A DNA stretch of 64,000 nt from an uncultured bacterium (GCA_965660855.1 CBFIBM010000002.1:32001-96000), one strand, 5' to 3'; shown: positions 1 through 10,380, numbered from the stretch's first letter. Notes: generated from the letters alone by a model not told the origin. Translations and numbers: made by a program.

Positions 1-1
1 A

Positions 2-322
2 GTTGCAAAAATTATGCAAGATAATGTTCGTGCAGTGGATGTTGTAGCGAGGTATGGTGGTGAAGAATTTGCGATCATATTAATTAATTCAGACGCAGAT
101 ATGTCAAATATTGTTGCTCAAAGGATTGTTGATAATATTGCAGATTTTAATTTTAATATGGATGGTATTGAGACCAGTATTACTATTTCCGGTGGTATGT
201 CAGAATATCCAACTCATTCAGATAATACTAAAGATTTAATAGAATTAGCAGACCAAGCAATGTATGCAACAAAACAAAATGGTGGGAATGGAATAATGAC
301 TCATAAGGTTAAAAATGTTTAA
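2..322 (+). CDS. Diguanylate cyclase, GGDEF domain (5' part outside window)
   Basis: Frame is open from the window start; RYGGEEF active-site motif, RAVD (RxxD) I-site five residues upstream, ADQAMY terminal helix. Confidence 0.9.
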   Translation, partial: VAKIMQDNVRAVDVVARYGGEEFAIILINSDADMSNIVAQRIVDNIADFNFNMDGIETSITISGGMSEYPTHSDNTKDLIELADQAMYATKQNGGNGIMTHKVKNV

Positions 323-1829
323 AGTATTGAATAATAGATACCAAAAGTTAGATTTTATATTCAGGTATATTTTTTTATTATACTTTATAACATTTTTAGA
401 AGCTAGTGAGGAGAAGGCACTTCATCACTTTATGCAAGGTGAATTTCTGATGAATCAAGGAAACTACGCTCTTGCGGTAATTGAATTTCAGGATGCAATT
501 ACTTATGATCCCAATGTATCGACAATACATATATCGATTGCAGATGCATATCAAAGATTAGGTAAGATGAAGAGGGTTGAGGATCATTTGAAAATTGCAA
601 TGGATTTAGATCCTACAGATAAAGAAGCAAAAGAAATGCTAGGCCAATTTTATATTTCAGAACGTAAGTATAAAGATGCTGAGAAGACCTTTTTGGATTT
701 AAATAAAATTGATTCAGGAAATTTGGATTATATTTTTACACTAGCAGATCTTTTTAGAGTGCAAGAGAAATGGGAATCAGCTATTGATCAATATATCAAA
801 GGTTATAATGTGAATAACCAAGCAATAAACGGATTAGAGCAAGCATTGCAAATTGCCCTTACTACAAATAACTTTGAAAAGGGAGAAGAAATCTGTTTAC
901 TTCTAGTTGATGAAAACCCAGAAGAAATTAAATTATTAGAAACACTTCGCGACATATCTCTTTTTACGAAAAACTATGAAAGAGCATATAATACTATCAA
1001 AAAAATTGAGAAAATTAGTGGCTCATCAATCGAAATTTTATTTCAAAAAAGTGCCCTTCAAGAGGAATTAGATAATTTAACCTTGGCTATGGACTATATG
1101 TACGAAGCTTATAATAAAGATAGTTTAAACCTTGATGTCTTAAATAGAATGGTGACCTTATTAATTAATCAAGATAAAAATGATAAAGCAATTTTCTATA
1201 ATAGAAAAATAATAAAAAATTTCCCAGATAACTCCAAAGGATTTATTAATACCGCTCTTATGGCACTGAGCAGAGAGCGTCCTGAAGATGCAATTGAAGT
1301 TTTAAGCTCAAATTCAGAAAACTTTTTAAATGATTTTACATTTCAATATTTACTTGGTACCGCTTATTATCAGATGAAAAACTATTTAGAAGCTATAACG
1401 TATTTGAAATTAGCTTTAGATATCTTTCCTGATTCAAGAAATACAAAACATAATTTAGCATTAATTTATGACGCTCTTGATGAATGGGAAAAATCTGATA
1501 AATTATATATGGAACTAATAACTAGTGATAGTTTAGATGCTCAAGCGTATAATAATTACGCCTACAGTTTAGTAGAGAGAGAAGAGGATTTAGATTTTGC
1601 TCTGGATTTAGCATTAAATGCTATTAAAATTTCACCTGAATCAGCTGCATATCTTGATACAGTAGGTTGGATATATTATAAATTAAAGCTATATAAAAAG
1701 GCTAAAGAATATGTCGAGGAATCTCTTAAAATTGATTCAACCAACGTTACAATTCAAAAACACTATGATGAAATTCTCAATGTCAGAACAAAGATTGATA
1801 ATATAAAAGTTCAGCAGGCAGAAAATTAG
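315..1829 (+). CDS. Tetratricopeptide repeat protein, probably exported
   Basis: Many TPR helical pairs; C-terminal NNYAYSL...YLDTVGWIYY motif typical of periplasmic TPR proteins; hydrophobic N-terminal segment. Confidence 0.85.
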   Translation: MFKVLNNRYQKLDFIFRYIFLLYFITFLEASEEKALHHFMQGEFLMNQGNYALAVIEFQDAITYDPNVSTIHISIADAYQRLGKMKRVEDHLKIAMDLDPTDKEAKEMLGQFYISERKYKDAEKTFLDLNKIDSGNLDYIFTLADLFRVQEKWESAIDQYIKGYNVNNQAINGLEQALQIALTTNNFEKGEEICLLLVDENPEEIKLLETLRDISLFTKNYERAYNTIKKIEKISGSSIEILFQKSALQEELDNLTLAMDYMYEAYNKDSLNLDVLNRMVTLLINQDKNDKAIFYNRKIIKNFPDNSKGFINTALMALSRERPEDAIEVLSSNSENFLNDFTFQYLLGTAYYQMKNYLEAITYLKLALDIFPDSRNTKHNLALIYDALDEWEKSDKLYMELITSDSLDAQAYNNYAYSLVEREEDLDFALDLALNAIKISPESAAYLDTVGWIYYKLKLYKKAKEYVEESLKIDSTNVTIQKHYDEILNVRTKIDNIKVQQAEN

Positions 1830-1834
1830 ATTCT

Positions 1835-2428
1835 ATGCTGCCATTTATATATTTAATTCTTTTCATTTTAATCGGTGGGTGTAGCAGCACTCGAAATACT
1901 AATATAGACTCGGATTTATTCACAGCATTAAAATTAAATATCGATGAAAATTATTCTTGTTCAGGGAAGGGAAAGATCATCTCCACTGACTACAATACTC
2001 TTTCTTTTAAATATACATCAAAAAAAGATAGTTCTTTTATTCAGTTTTTAGATCCATTAGGGAGAAAAGCTCTTTTAATGTGGGTAACACCGAACTTTAT
2101 AATTGTAAGAAACCTTATCGAAAATAAACAGTATGATGATTTAGAGTTGAAAAAATTCATTCCAATGATGAATTTAATTAAACCTAATGATTTAATTAAA
2201 TTTATATGGGGAGAGAGGCCTAAATATGATAAACGTAATAAATTGATACCATTAGAGATTCGTAAAAATAGTAAGCTGAGTTTTGAAAAAGGAGTTAAGT
2301 CAAAATATGACATAGCTAGCTATGAAAATAAAGTTTTGGATCAAATAGTTAAAATTCAAATAAAAACAAGAAACTTCAGCACCGAAAAAATAAACTTAAA
2401 TAAATATTGGAAACTCTTAAAATATTGA
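1835..2428 (+). CDS. Putative lipoprotein, LolB-like
   Basis: Signal peptide ending IGGC (lipobox); FLDPLG motif resembles LolB-fold proteins; directly follows the TPR gene. Confidence 0.5.
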   Translation: MLPFIYLILFILIGGCSSTRNTNIDSDLFTALKLNIDENYSCSGKGKIISTDYNTLSFKYTSKKDSSFIQFLDPLGRKALLMWVTPNFIIVRNLIENKQYDDLELKKFIPMMNLIKPNDLIKFIWGERPKYDKRNKLIPLEIRKNSKLSFEKGVKSKYDIASYENKVLDQIVKIQIKTRNFSTEKINLNKYWKLLKY

Positions 2429-2429
2429 C

Positions 2430-3371
2430 ATGTTAGTTACTGTAATAATACCAGTTTTTAATGAAAAAGAGTCATTACAAGATCTTTTTAAAGAATTGAA
2501 GATTAATTTGAGTTCATATGAGAAATGGGAAGTAATTTTTATTGATGATGGTTCTTCAGATGGTTCAACGGAGCTTTTAATCAGCGAGTCAGAAGTAAAT
2601 AAAAATTTTAAAATAATTCAATTTTATAGAAATTTTGGAAAATCAGCAGCATTGAATGAGGGTTTTAAAATGGCTTCGGGGGATTACATCATAACAATGG
2701 ATGCTGATTTACAAGATGATCCCAAAGAAATAAGTAATTTTATAAAAAAAATTGATGAAGGATGGGATTTAGTTTCAGGATGGAAAAAGAAAAGATTAGA
2801 TCCTTTGAATAAAAGATTACCATCTAAAATATTTAATTTTGTAACAAGCTTTGTGAGTGGTGTAAAAATACATGACTTTAATTGTGGTATAAAGGGTTAT
2901 AAAAAATCAGTTGTAAAATCATTAGAAATTTATGGAGGTAGGCATAGATATATTCCTGCAATTGCTGGACAAAAAAAATTTAAAATAACAGAAATTGTAG
3001 TAAATCATCGTGCAAGAAAATTTGGAGAAACCAAGTACGGTGGTTCAAGAATTTTCCATGGTTTTTTTGATTTAATTACTATTCTATTTTTAAATAAATA
3101 TACCCAACAGCCACTACATTTATTTGGTTCATTAGGTGTATTTTTTTCATTATCTGGAACTATCACTGAGTTTTTTGTTTTATACTATAAATATAACCTT
3201 GGAGAGCCTTTCTCAAAACACATAGCATTATTAATGTTTGGAGTGATGCTTATTGTAATTGGTATTCAGTTTTTTTCGATAGGACTATTAGGAGAGTTAT
3301 TAACTAAGTCTACACAAAATCAAGAAAAACGTGTGAGAGATTTTTATAATATCCAAACCAAAGAATTATAA
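2430..3371 (+). CDS. GT2 polyprenyl-phosphate glycosyltransferase (ArnC/DPM1-like)
   Basis: IIPVFNE, DDGSSD, RNFGKSAAL, MDADLQDDP, DFNCG motifs; two C-terminal TM helices. Confidence 0.9.
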   Translation: MLVTVIIPVFNEKESLQDLFKELKINLSSYEKWEVIFIDDGSSDGSTELLISESEVNKNFKIIQFYRNFGKSAALNEGFKMASGDYIITMDADLQDDPKEISNFIKKIDEGWDLVSGWKKKRLDPLNKRLPSKIFNFVTSFVSGVKIHDFNCGIKGYKKSVVKSLEIYGGRHRYIPAIAGQKKFKITEIVVNHRARKFGETKYGGSRIFHGFFDLITILFLNKYTQQPLHLFGSLGVFFSLSGTITEFFVLYYKYNLGEPFSKHIALLMFGVMLIVIGIQFFSIGLLGELLTKSTQNQEKRVRDFYNIQTKEL

Positions 3372-3406
3372 TTTCATAATTTTAATATATTTTATAATTC
3401 TATAGC

Positions 3407-4201
3407 TTGGTGACGATAATTAGGAAAAAAATCAAATCTTTTTTTAGAAGAAAAACCGATTTTAAAGTATCTTTTATCATATGTGGTACCCAGAAAGGTG
3501 GGACTACTGCCTTAGATTATTATCTAAGAAAACATGCTGAAATATGCATGGCAAATAAAAAAGAAGTTCATTTTTTTGATGATGATAGCCTTTTTCAGAA
3601 TAATAAAAATAATTATCTTGGGTATCATAAAAATTTTGATCCAAAATCAAAACATAAGGTTATTGGAGAAGCCACTCCAATATATATGTACTGGAATGAT
3701 TCAATCAAAAGAATATATAATTATAACCCTGAAATAAAACTTATTATGATTTTGAGAAATCCTATTACCAGAGCTTTTTCACATTGGAATATGGAATTTG
3801 ATAGACTAAAAGAACAAAATGATTTTTTTGAAGCTATTCAGAAGGAGTACTCTAGTATACAAAAAAAAATGCATATCCAAAATAGGGTTTCTTCATATTT
3901 AGAAAGAGGCTTGTATTCGCAACAAATAAAAAAGATTTTAGAATACTTTAGTAGAGATCAATTATTGATTATTCGTAGTAAGTCACTAAAAAATAACCCT
4001 CAAGAAACACTTAATAATATTGCAAAATTTTTACAAATATCATCATTTAGAGATATAAAGCAAAAAAAAGTTCATTCAAGAAGGTATTATCGAAAAATGA
4101 CTAAAGAGGAATATTCATTTTTAAAAAACTATTATAAAAAGGAATTATATAATTTAGAAAATTTATTAGATTGGGATTTGCGGGAGTGGAAAAATAATTA
4201 A
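3407..4201 (+). CDS. PAPS-dependent sulfotransferase (heparan-sulfate sulfotransferase-like domain)
   Basis: GTQKGGTTAL 5'-PSB loop, KEVHFFD, GEATPIY, LRNPITRAFS 3'-PB motif. Confidence 0.9.
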   Translation: MVTIIRKKIKSFFRRKTDFKVSFIICGTQKGGTTALDYYLRKHAEICMANKKEVHFFDDDSLFQNNKNNYLGYHKNFDPKSKHKVIGEATPIYMYWNDSIKRIYNYNPEIKLIMILRNPITRAFSHWNMEFDRLKEQNDFFEAIQKEYSSIQKKMHIQNRVSSYLERGLYSQQIKKILEYFSRDQLLIIRSKSLKNNPQETLNNIAKFLQISSFRDIKQKKVHSRRYYRKMTKEEYSFLKNYYKKELYNLENLLDWDLREWKNN

Positions 4202-5231
4202 TTATAAACCAAATATTAAAATAAGTATAATCACACCTTCTTATAATCGAGAAGATGAGTTACCCTATTTAATTGATTCCATTGAAAAACAAAGTATAAA
4301 TTTAAATCACCTTGAATTAATTATTTCTGATGATGGATCTACAGATAAAACATCAAAAATTATAAGAGAATGGAGTGAAAAAACTTCATTTGAAATCAAA
4401 TACATAAAACAAAAAAATAAAGGTCCTGGAGCTGCAAGGAATCATGGATTGAAATATAGTAATGGTGACCTTATCTTATTTATCGATTCTGATTGTGAGG
4501 CTCATCATGATTGGCTAAAAAATATTTTGAAAATTTACAGTAAAGAAAGCTTTGACGCATTTGGTGGCCCTGACGGATCAAAAAATGATTTTACATTATT
4601 ACAGAAAGCGATTGATTTCTCGATGACTTCAATAATTACTACCGGAGGAATAAGAGGACATGGTGATAAAAGATTTACGAAATTTTATCCAAGAACCCAT
4701 AATATGGGTATCACCAGATCAACATATCGATTAATTGGTGAGTTTGGTAATCTCCGTCATGGACAAGATATTGAATATAGTAATCGAATAAGAAAATCCG
4801 GGTTGAAAATTGCATTCATAAATGATGCTTTGGTTTATCATCGTAGGAGAACTAGTTTTAAACAATTTTTTAAGCAGGTCTTTAATTGGGGTTTGGCGAG
4901 GATAAATTTAGCTAAGCTAGATTCTGATATGTTGGAGTTAATACATTTTTTACCTACTTTTTCAATATTTTCTTCTTTTTTATTAATTCTAATTTTTTTG
5001 AGAATTGGTTTTTCAATTAGTGTAATATTTTTAACATTTTTCATACCTTTATTTTTGTTATCATGTTTTGGATCTTTAAAAAATAAAGACTTAAAAATAA
5101 TACCATTTCTATTAATTGTTATTCCGATACAGGTTATTGGATATGGAACTGGATTTGCTTTAGGTTTTTTTCGAAGATTTATATTTAATAGAAATGAATT
5201 AGTAGGCTTTAAAAAGAGTTATTACAAATGA
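4194..5231 (+). CDS. GT2 family glycosyltransferase; true N-terminus lies upstream of the ORF-track start at 4449
   Basis: Same frame is open from 4170 and reads ISIITPSYNRE...ISDDGSTD...GPGAARNHG before FIDSDC; C-terminal TM helices. Start codon uncertain. Confidence 0.8.
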   Translation: MINYKPNIKISIITPSYNREDELPYLIDSIEKQSINLNHLELIISDDGSTDKTSKIIREWSEKTSFEIKYIKQKNKGPGAARNHGLKYSNGDLILFIDSDCEAHHDWLKNILKIYSKESFDAFGGPDGSKNDFTLLQKAIDFSMTSIITTGGIRGHGDKRFTKFYPRTHNMGITRSTYRLIGEFGNLRHGQDIEYSNRIRKSGLKIAFINDALVYHRRRTSFKQFFKQVFNWGLARINLAKLDSDMLELIHFLPTFSIFSSFLLILIFLRIGFSISVIFLTFFIPLFLLSCFGSLKNKDLKIIPFLLIVIPIQVIGYGTGFALGFFRRFIFNRNELVGFKKSYYK

Positions 5232-5962
5232 TAACTATCATTCTAGGAATGCATCGAAGTGGTACTTCTACACTTGCAGGAGTATTACATCTAAATAAAA
5301 TTTCAATGGGTACTTATAAAAATTTTTGGCCAAGGCCTCTAGATCAAAATCCTAAAGGTTTTTATGAGAATTATGAATTTAGAAAAATTAATGATCTACT
5401 TCTTCAAGAAGTTGGATATTATGTCAAATCTTACAAGACTATTATCCCAATTTTAAAACCCTCTAAAAAAAGACTTGTTGAAATGGAGAAGCTTGTTTTA
5501 AAGTCAAATCAAGATTTTGGAAATTGGGGTTGGAAGGACCCAAGGACTTGCCTGACAATTAATGTCTGGATGGATATTATAAAAAAGATCAAACTTGAAA
5601 AAGAAGTAAAAATTATTTTTGTCTCAAGAAATGCACTTTCAGTTTCAAGATCTTTGAAAAAAAGGAATGATCTTCCAATAGAAATAGGTTTAGAAATATG
5701 GAAAACTTATACTGAAAAAGCATTAAGATTCTGTCAAAATTCAAATACAAATATATTTTATTGTTCATTTGAACAATTGCTTGAAAGACCTAACTCCACG
5801 TGCGAAAAATTATTTAATTTTTTAGATACAGACTGGGATTCTAAAGTTATTCAAAAATTTATAGATAAAGATATCAGTACAAGTGGAAAGGGAAAAGAAG
5901 TAGAAATTCCAGAAGAAATTAAAACATTACAAAAGAGAATTAATAATCTGTTATCAATATGA
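5228..5962 (+). CDS. Sulfotransferase family protein
   Basis: ILGMHRSGTS PAPS-binding loop, NPKGFYE, WGWKDPRT, RNALSVSRSL. Confidence 0.85.
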   Translation: MITIILGMHRSGTSTLAGVLHLNKISMGTYKNFWPRPLDQNPKGFYENYEFRKINDLLLQEVGYYVKSYKTIIPILKPSKKRLVEMEKLVLKSNQDFGNWGWKDPRTCLTINVWMDIIKKIKLEKEVKIIFVSRNALSVSRSLKKRNDLPIEIGLEIWKTYTEKALRFCQNSNTNIFYCSFEQLLERPNSTCEKLFNFLDTDWDSKVIQKFIDKDISTSGKGKEVEIPEEIKTLQKRINNLLSI

Positions 5963-6861
5963 ATAGCATTACAATACTTGTAGTTAGTTTTTTTTCTGCT
6001 AGACATATTAATCGTTTATTTAAAAATTTGTACGAAAAAGCAGAACAACCTAGTAATCTTCATTTTTTAATAGTAGACAATACAAATGGAAAAGATAACG
6101 ATTTACCAGGCTTAATTAACATTTATGATAATGTTAGTTTAATTTTTAGTTCCGGCGAAGATAGACAAAGGTCAATTTCTCATTCAATCGCTCTTGATAA
6201 AGGATTAAAAAATTCCAAGGGTATATTTACATTAATTATTGATCCTGATGTTTTCATTTTTAAAGAACATTGGGACACATTTTTCATTAATAAATTAAAA
6301 GTTAATAAAAAAAGTGTTTTAGGAGCACCATATCCTCAGTGGAAGGTTGGCAAAGTACATGATTTTCCAAGTGTTGTACTTTTATTTTTCAGGACATTAG
6401 ATATTCAAAAATATAATGCCTCATTTTATCCCTTTCCTAGAAATATGGTAAAATTAAAAAATAGTATAATTAGAAAATTAATCAGGTTTGGAATAATTGG
6501 GAATAAAGCTGTTTTAAATAAATATCTATTCCTTAGAAGAATAACAGTAAAATTAGAAAAATTAACTGGTATATCAAGCCCTGATACTGGAAATAAAATT
6601 ATAGAAATATTAAGAAAAAATAATTTTACTCCTATTTGTTTTGAGGCAAAATATTCAAATGATATAAAAAGTGGGGAAAATATAATTTGTTTAGCTCGTG
6701 AGTACGAAGTATTTTTTTTAAACAATGAATTAATAATGACACATATGTATGGCTCTGGAGTATTTTATTGGAAAACTAGAAAAGGTTCAGATATTAATCA
6801 TTGGACAAGTTTAATTACTAAAATTGAAAAAAGTAAAGATGAATATGATAAAAAAAAATAA
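5959..6861 (+). CDS. Divergent GT-A/GT2-like glycosyltransferase
   Basis: ILVVSF, LIVDN, HSIALDKGL, IIDPD (DxD) pattern; position within the glycosylation cluster. Confidence 0.65.
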   Translation: MNSITILVVSFFSARHINRLFKNLYEKAEQPSNLHFLIVDNTNGKDNDLPGLINIYDNVSLIFSSGEDRQRSISHSIALDKGLKNSKGIFTLIIDPDVFIFKEHWDTFFINKLKVNKKSVLGAPYPQWKVGKVHDFPSVVLLFFRTLDIQKYNASFYPFPRNMVKLKNSIIRKLIRFGIIGNKAVLNKYLFLRRITVKLEKLTGISSPDTGNKIIEILRKNNFTPICFEAKYSNDIKSGENIICLAREYEVFFLNNELIMTHMYGSGVFYWKTRKGSDINHWTSLITKIEKSKDEYDKKK

Positions 6862-9181
6862 AGCTGAGATAGCAATTTTAATTCTCATACCAATAATATT
6901 TCTATATAGGATGATATTTTTCAATGAGGTTGTGACAACGAACGATGAACTGGAGAGATATCCTATCAATGAATGGCGTGATAATTATCTATCAAATAAT
7001 GATGAAACACCACAATGGTTCCCAAATTTATTTTCAGGTATGCCATCATATGGAGGCTATATATATACAGATGGAGATCCAACTAAATTTATTAGGAATA
7101 CAATTCTTTTTAATCCAGGTTTAAAAATATGGTTTTACCTATCTATTTGTGGAATTGGGATGTTTGTTTTCTTGAAATTAGTTGGTATTTCAAGTAATGC
7201 AGCATTATTTGGAAGTTTAATATCAAGTCTTACCCCGTACTCATTTGGATTGATAAATGCTGGGCACTTAAATAAAATATTTGCGATGGCTTATATACCA
7301 TGGGTTATTGCCGCAGCAATTAACCTAATAAATAGAGTAGATTTAAAATCTATTTTATTATTATCTTTAGCAACAGCACTTCAATTATGGGCAAATCACC
7401 CACAAATCGCATACTATACTTGGATGTTAATTGGATTTTATTTTTCATGGGAACTTGGAAGCTCGTTTTATCAAAAAAGTTTTAATTTTCAAAAAAACAT
7501 TAAAATATTTTCAGGCATACTTCTAAGTATAATTATTGCTTTGATTATGGTTTCAGATCCATATATGCAGATTTTTGAATTTCAGAAAGAATCAGATAGA
7601 GGTCTTGAGTCTGTTCTAGATGATAACGGTAGAACTACAAACTCTGATAAGAAATGGGAATATACAACTAGGTGGTCATTTCATCCCGCTGAATTAATTT
7701 CTTTTATTTTTCCATATTTCTATGGACTTCAAAATATTGAAGATATTAAAAAAGGTGCTTATTGGGGCTATATGCCATTTACTCAATCTACACATTACCT
7801 CGGCCTAGTAGTCTTAATATTTTCCTTATTAGGATTATTATTAAAAAAACCAGATAAAAATGATAAGGTTTTTTGGATTATATCAATACTTACCCTAATC
7901 ACTGGTTTTGGATCTTTCTTTCCCTTGTTATATAAACCTTTTTTTCATTTATTCCCATTTTTTTCAAAATTTAGAGTACCCTCAATGATTTATGTACTTC
8001 TAGCAGTTTCTCTTCCATTTTTAGGTGCAAGAGGACTAGATATTCTTATAGAAAATTTTAAAAATAATGCTACTACTAAGATAATAAATAAAATATTCAT
8101 TTCTTTATTTGTTATTATAGTTATTTTTTTAATATTTGAAAATTCAATTATCAGCTATAATGCTTCAGGAGATTCTCGATATAACCCAAGTAGTATAATT
8201 TTTTTGAAAGACGCAAGATCATCACTATTTCAAAAAGGATTATTATTAGCATTTGGTATATCCATTAGTCTATATATTTTATTGAACAGTTTTCTAAAAA
8301 ATAGGATAAATAAGAAATCATTTATTCTAATTCTTATATCAATTACTTTGATTGATTTAGGCATCGTAAACTTTGAATTCATAAATTTAAAGACTCCCCA
8401 AAATTTTAATTTAATTTTTAAGTCGAATTCAAAAATAGATCACATGATTAAAGATAAGGATCATTTTAGGATTTTTCCGGCAGATAAAATGGGTTCAAAT
8501 TGGTTTAGTTATTGGAACCTTGAAAGTATAGCAGGATATAGACCAATTAAGTTAAGAAACTATCAAGATATTATGGATGCTGGGGGATTAAATAATCCAA
8601 AAATATTAAATATGTTAAATGTTAAATATGTCGTAACTCGGAAAAAAATTAACAATGTAAACTTTCATAAAATCCCTAATATGAATGGCCTGTACGAGAA
8701 TAAAAATGTTCTGCCAAAATCATGGGTTGTAAACAAAGTTTTACCTGCTGAAAATGAGAGAGAGTCTCTGCATAAGACCCTCTCGTCAAGTTTTGATCCA
8801 AATTCACAAGCTGTTTTAATTAATTATGATGGTAAATTTTTGAATGAAAAGAGTTCTGGAAGTTCCTCTGTAATTGAAAGAAGCGAAAATAGAATATTAC
8901 TTTCAACTGAATCGAAAACTGGAGGTGTTTTGGTACTGTCTGAAATCTATTATTCACCAGGGTGGAAAGCTTTTGTTAATGGAGTGAATGTACCTATTTA
9001 CCAAGCGAATCATATTTTGAGATCTATTGAAATCCCATCTGGGAAATCTGAAGTAGTGTTTGAATATGATATTAAAACTTGGGAAACTGCGCGAATAATA
9101 TCCAGAACTTCATTTATAGCAATTTTATTATTTCTAGGAATTTTATTTTATAAAGATAAAAAAATATATGAAACTTTATAA
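6824..9181 (+). CDS. YfhO-family polytopic membrane protein (GT-C-like); start may be ATG 6839 or 6845
   Basis: WFPNLFSGMP, NHPQIAYY, FSKFRVP, LNMLNVKY, LSEIYYSPGWKA and ANHILR motifs; many TM helices. Confidence 0.85.
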   Translation: MKKVKMNMIKKNKAEIAILILIPIIFLYRMIFFNEVVTTNDELERYPINEWRDNYLSNNDETPQWFPNLFSGMPSYGGYIYTDGDPTKFIRNTILFNPGLKIWFYLSICGIGMFVFLKLVGISSNAALFGSLISSLTPYSFGLINAGHLNKIFAMAYIPWVIAAAINLINRVDLKSILLLSLATALQLWANHPQIAYYTWMLIGFYFSWELGSSFYQKSFNFQKNIKIFSGILLSIIIALIMVSDPYMQIFEFQKESDRGLESVLDDNGRTTNSDKKWEYTTRWSFHPAELISFIFPYFYGLQNIEDIKKGAYWGYMPFTQSTHYLGLVVLIFSLLGLLLKKPDKNDKVFWIISILTLITGFGSFFPLLYKPFFHLFPFFSKFRVPSMIYVLLAVSLPFLGARGLDILIENFKNNATTKIINKIFISLFVIIVIFLIFENSIISYNASGDSRYNPSSIIFLKDARSSLFQKGLLLAFGISISLYILLNSFLKNRINKKSFILILISITLIDLGIVNFEFINLKTPQNFNLIFKSNSKIDHMIKDKDHFRIFPADKMGSNWFSYWNLESIAGYRPIKLRNYQDIMDAGGLNNPKILNMLNVKYVVTRKKINNVNFHKIPNMNGLYENKNVLPKSWVVNKVLPAENERESLHKTLSSSFDPNSQAVLINYDGKFLNEKSSGSSSVIERSENRILLSTESKTGGVLVLSEIYYSPGWKAFVNGVNVPIYQANHILRSIEIPSGKSEVVFEYDIKTWETARIISRTSFIAILLFLGILFYKDKKIYETL

Positions 9182-10331
9182 AAATGCAGGGAATATTAAA
9201 GCTGGATTATTTATCCTTGGTGTATCACTTATCATTATTCTTTTAGCTTATACTCAGTTTTTAGTAAACGAATTAAGAAAGGATAATAGGGAGGTAGTTA
9301 GATTGTATGCAAGTTTCATTGCAAATATAGTGCAAGATGAAAATGAAACGAACTTAAACTTTATTTTTGAAAATGTAATTCAAAAAGTAAAATTTCCTTT
9401 AATCCAAACAGATAATGAGGATAAACCTCAATTATGGAAAAATTTACCTAAAGATATTAAAAATGAGAAAGATCGAATTAAATTTATGAATTTAATTGAT
9501 AATTATAATTCTCCGATTCCATTAGTCTACAAAGATAAAAATATTGGAGAAATTACTTTTGGCTATCTCCATTTTGGTGATTCGTCGATTGTAGAAAAGT
9601 TAAAGTTTTGGACCTACCTAATAATTTTTGCAATTGGAATTTTTATTTTTCTTGGATTTTTAGGTTTTACTTTCATCAGAAATAATGAAAAAAAACATAT
9701 TTGGGTTGGAATGGCTAGGGAGACAGCACATCAATTGGGAACGCCAGTATCTGCATTAATGGGGTGGTTAGATTGGTTGAAAAATCATCCAGGAAAATCA
9801 AAAGAAATCATACCTGAAATCGAGCTTGATCTTCAAAGATTAGAACAGATTAGTAGAAGATTTAGTCAGATGGGTTCAAAGTCAGATTTTGAAAAGTTTG
9901 ATTTATCAATTAAAATAAAAAAAGTTTTAGATTATCTTGAAAAACGTCTTCCCTCAATAGGTAAAAAGGTTAATTTATTAAATGATATTGACCCGCATAT
10001 AATGATTGTAGGTAATGGGTCTTTATTAGCTTGGGCAATTGAAAATTTAATTAGAAATGGTATTGATGCAATAGATCAAGTTAATGGGGAAATAAGTATT
10101 ATTTTAAAAGAGGAAAACAAAAAAATATTAATTCAAATTAAAGATAATGGCATTGGTATTCCAAAAAAAGATTGGAAAAACATTTTTAGACCCGGTTTTA
10201 GTACAAAAAAAACCGGTTGGGGTTTAGGTTTATCTTTGTCAACAAGGATAGTTGAAGACATACATAACGGTGAACTAAGTGTTCTTAGTTCATCCAAAAA
10301 TAATGGGACCACTATTCAAATCAGACTTTAA
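9168..10331 (+). CDS. Membrane sensor histidine kinase
   Basis: ETAHQLGTP H-box, ENLIRNG N-box, DNGIG, GFSTK and GWGLGL G-boxes; two TM segments. Confidence 0.92.
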   Translation: MKLYKNAGNIKAGLFILGVSLIIILLAYTQFLVNELRKDNREVVRLYASFIANIVQDENETNLNFIFENVIQKVKFPLIQTDNEDKPQLWKNLPKDIKNEKDRIKFMNLIDNYNSPIPLVYKDKNIGEITFGYLHFGDSSIVEKLKFWTYLIIFAIGIFIFLGFLGFTFIRNNEKKHIWVGMARETAHQLGTPVSALMGWLDWLKNHPGKSKEIIPEIELDLQRLEQISRRFSQMGSKSDFEKFDLSIKIKKVLDYLEKRLPSIGKKVNLLNDIDPHIMIVGNGSLLAWAIENLIRNGIDAIDQVNGEISIILKEENKKILIQIKDNGIGIPKKDWKNIFRPGFSTKKTGWGLGLSLSTRIVEDIHNGELSVLSSSKNNGTTIQIRL

Positions 10332-10380
10332 AAGATTAATAACTATAAGTAAATTTTAAATCATTAATTAAGGATATTTT

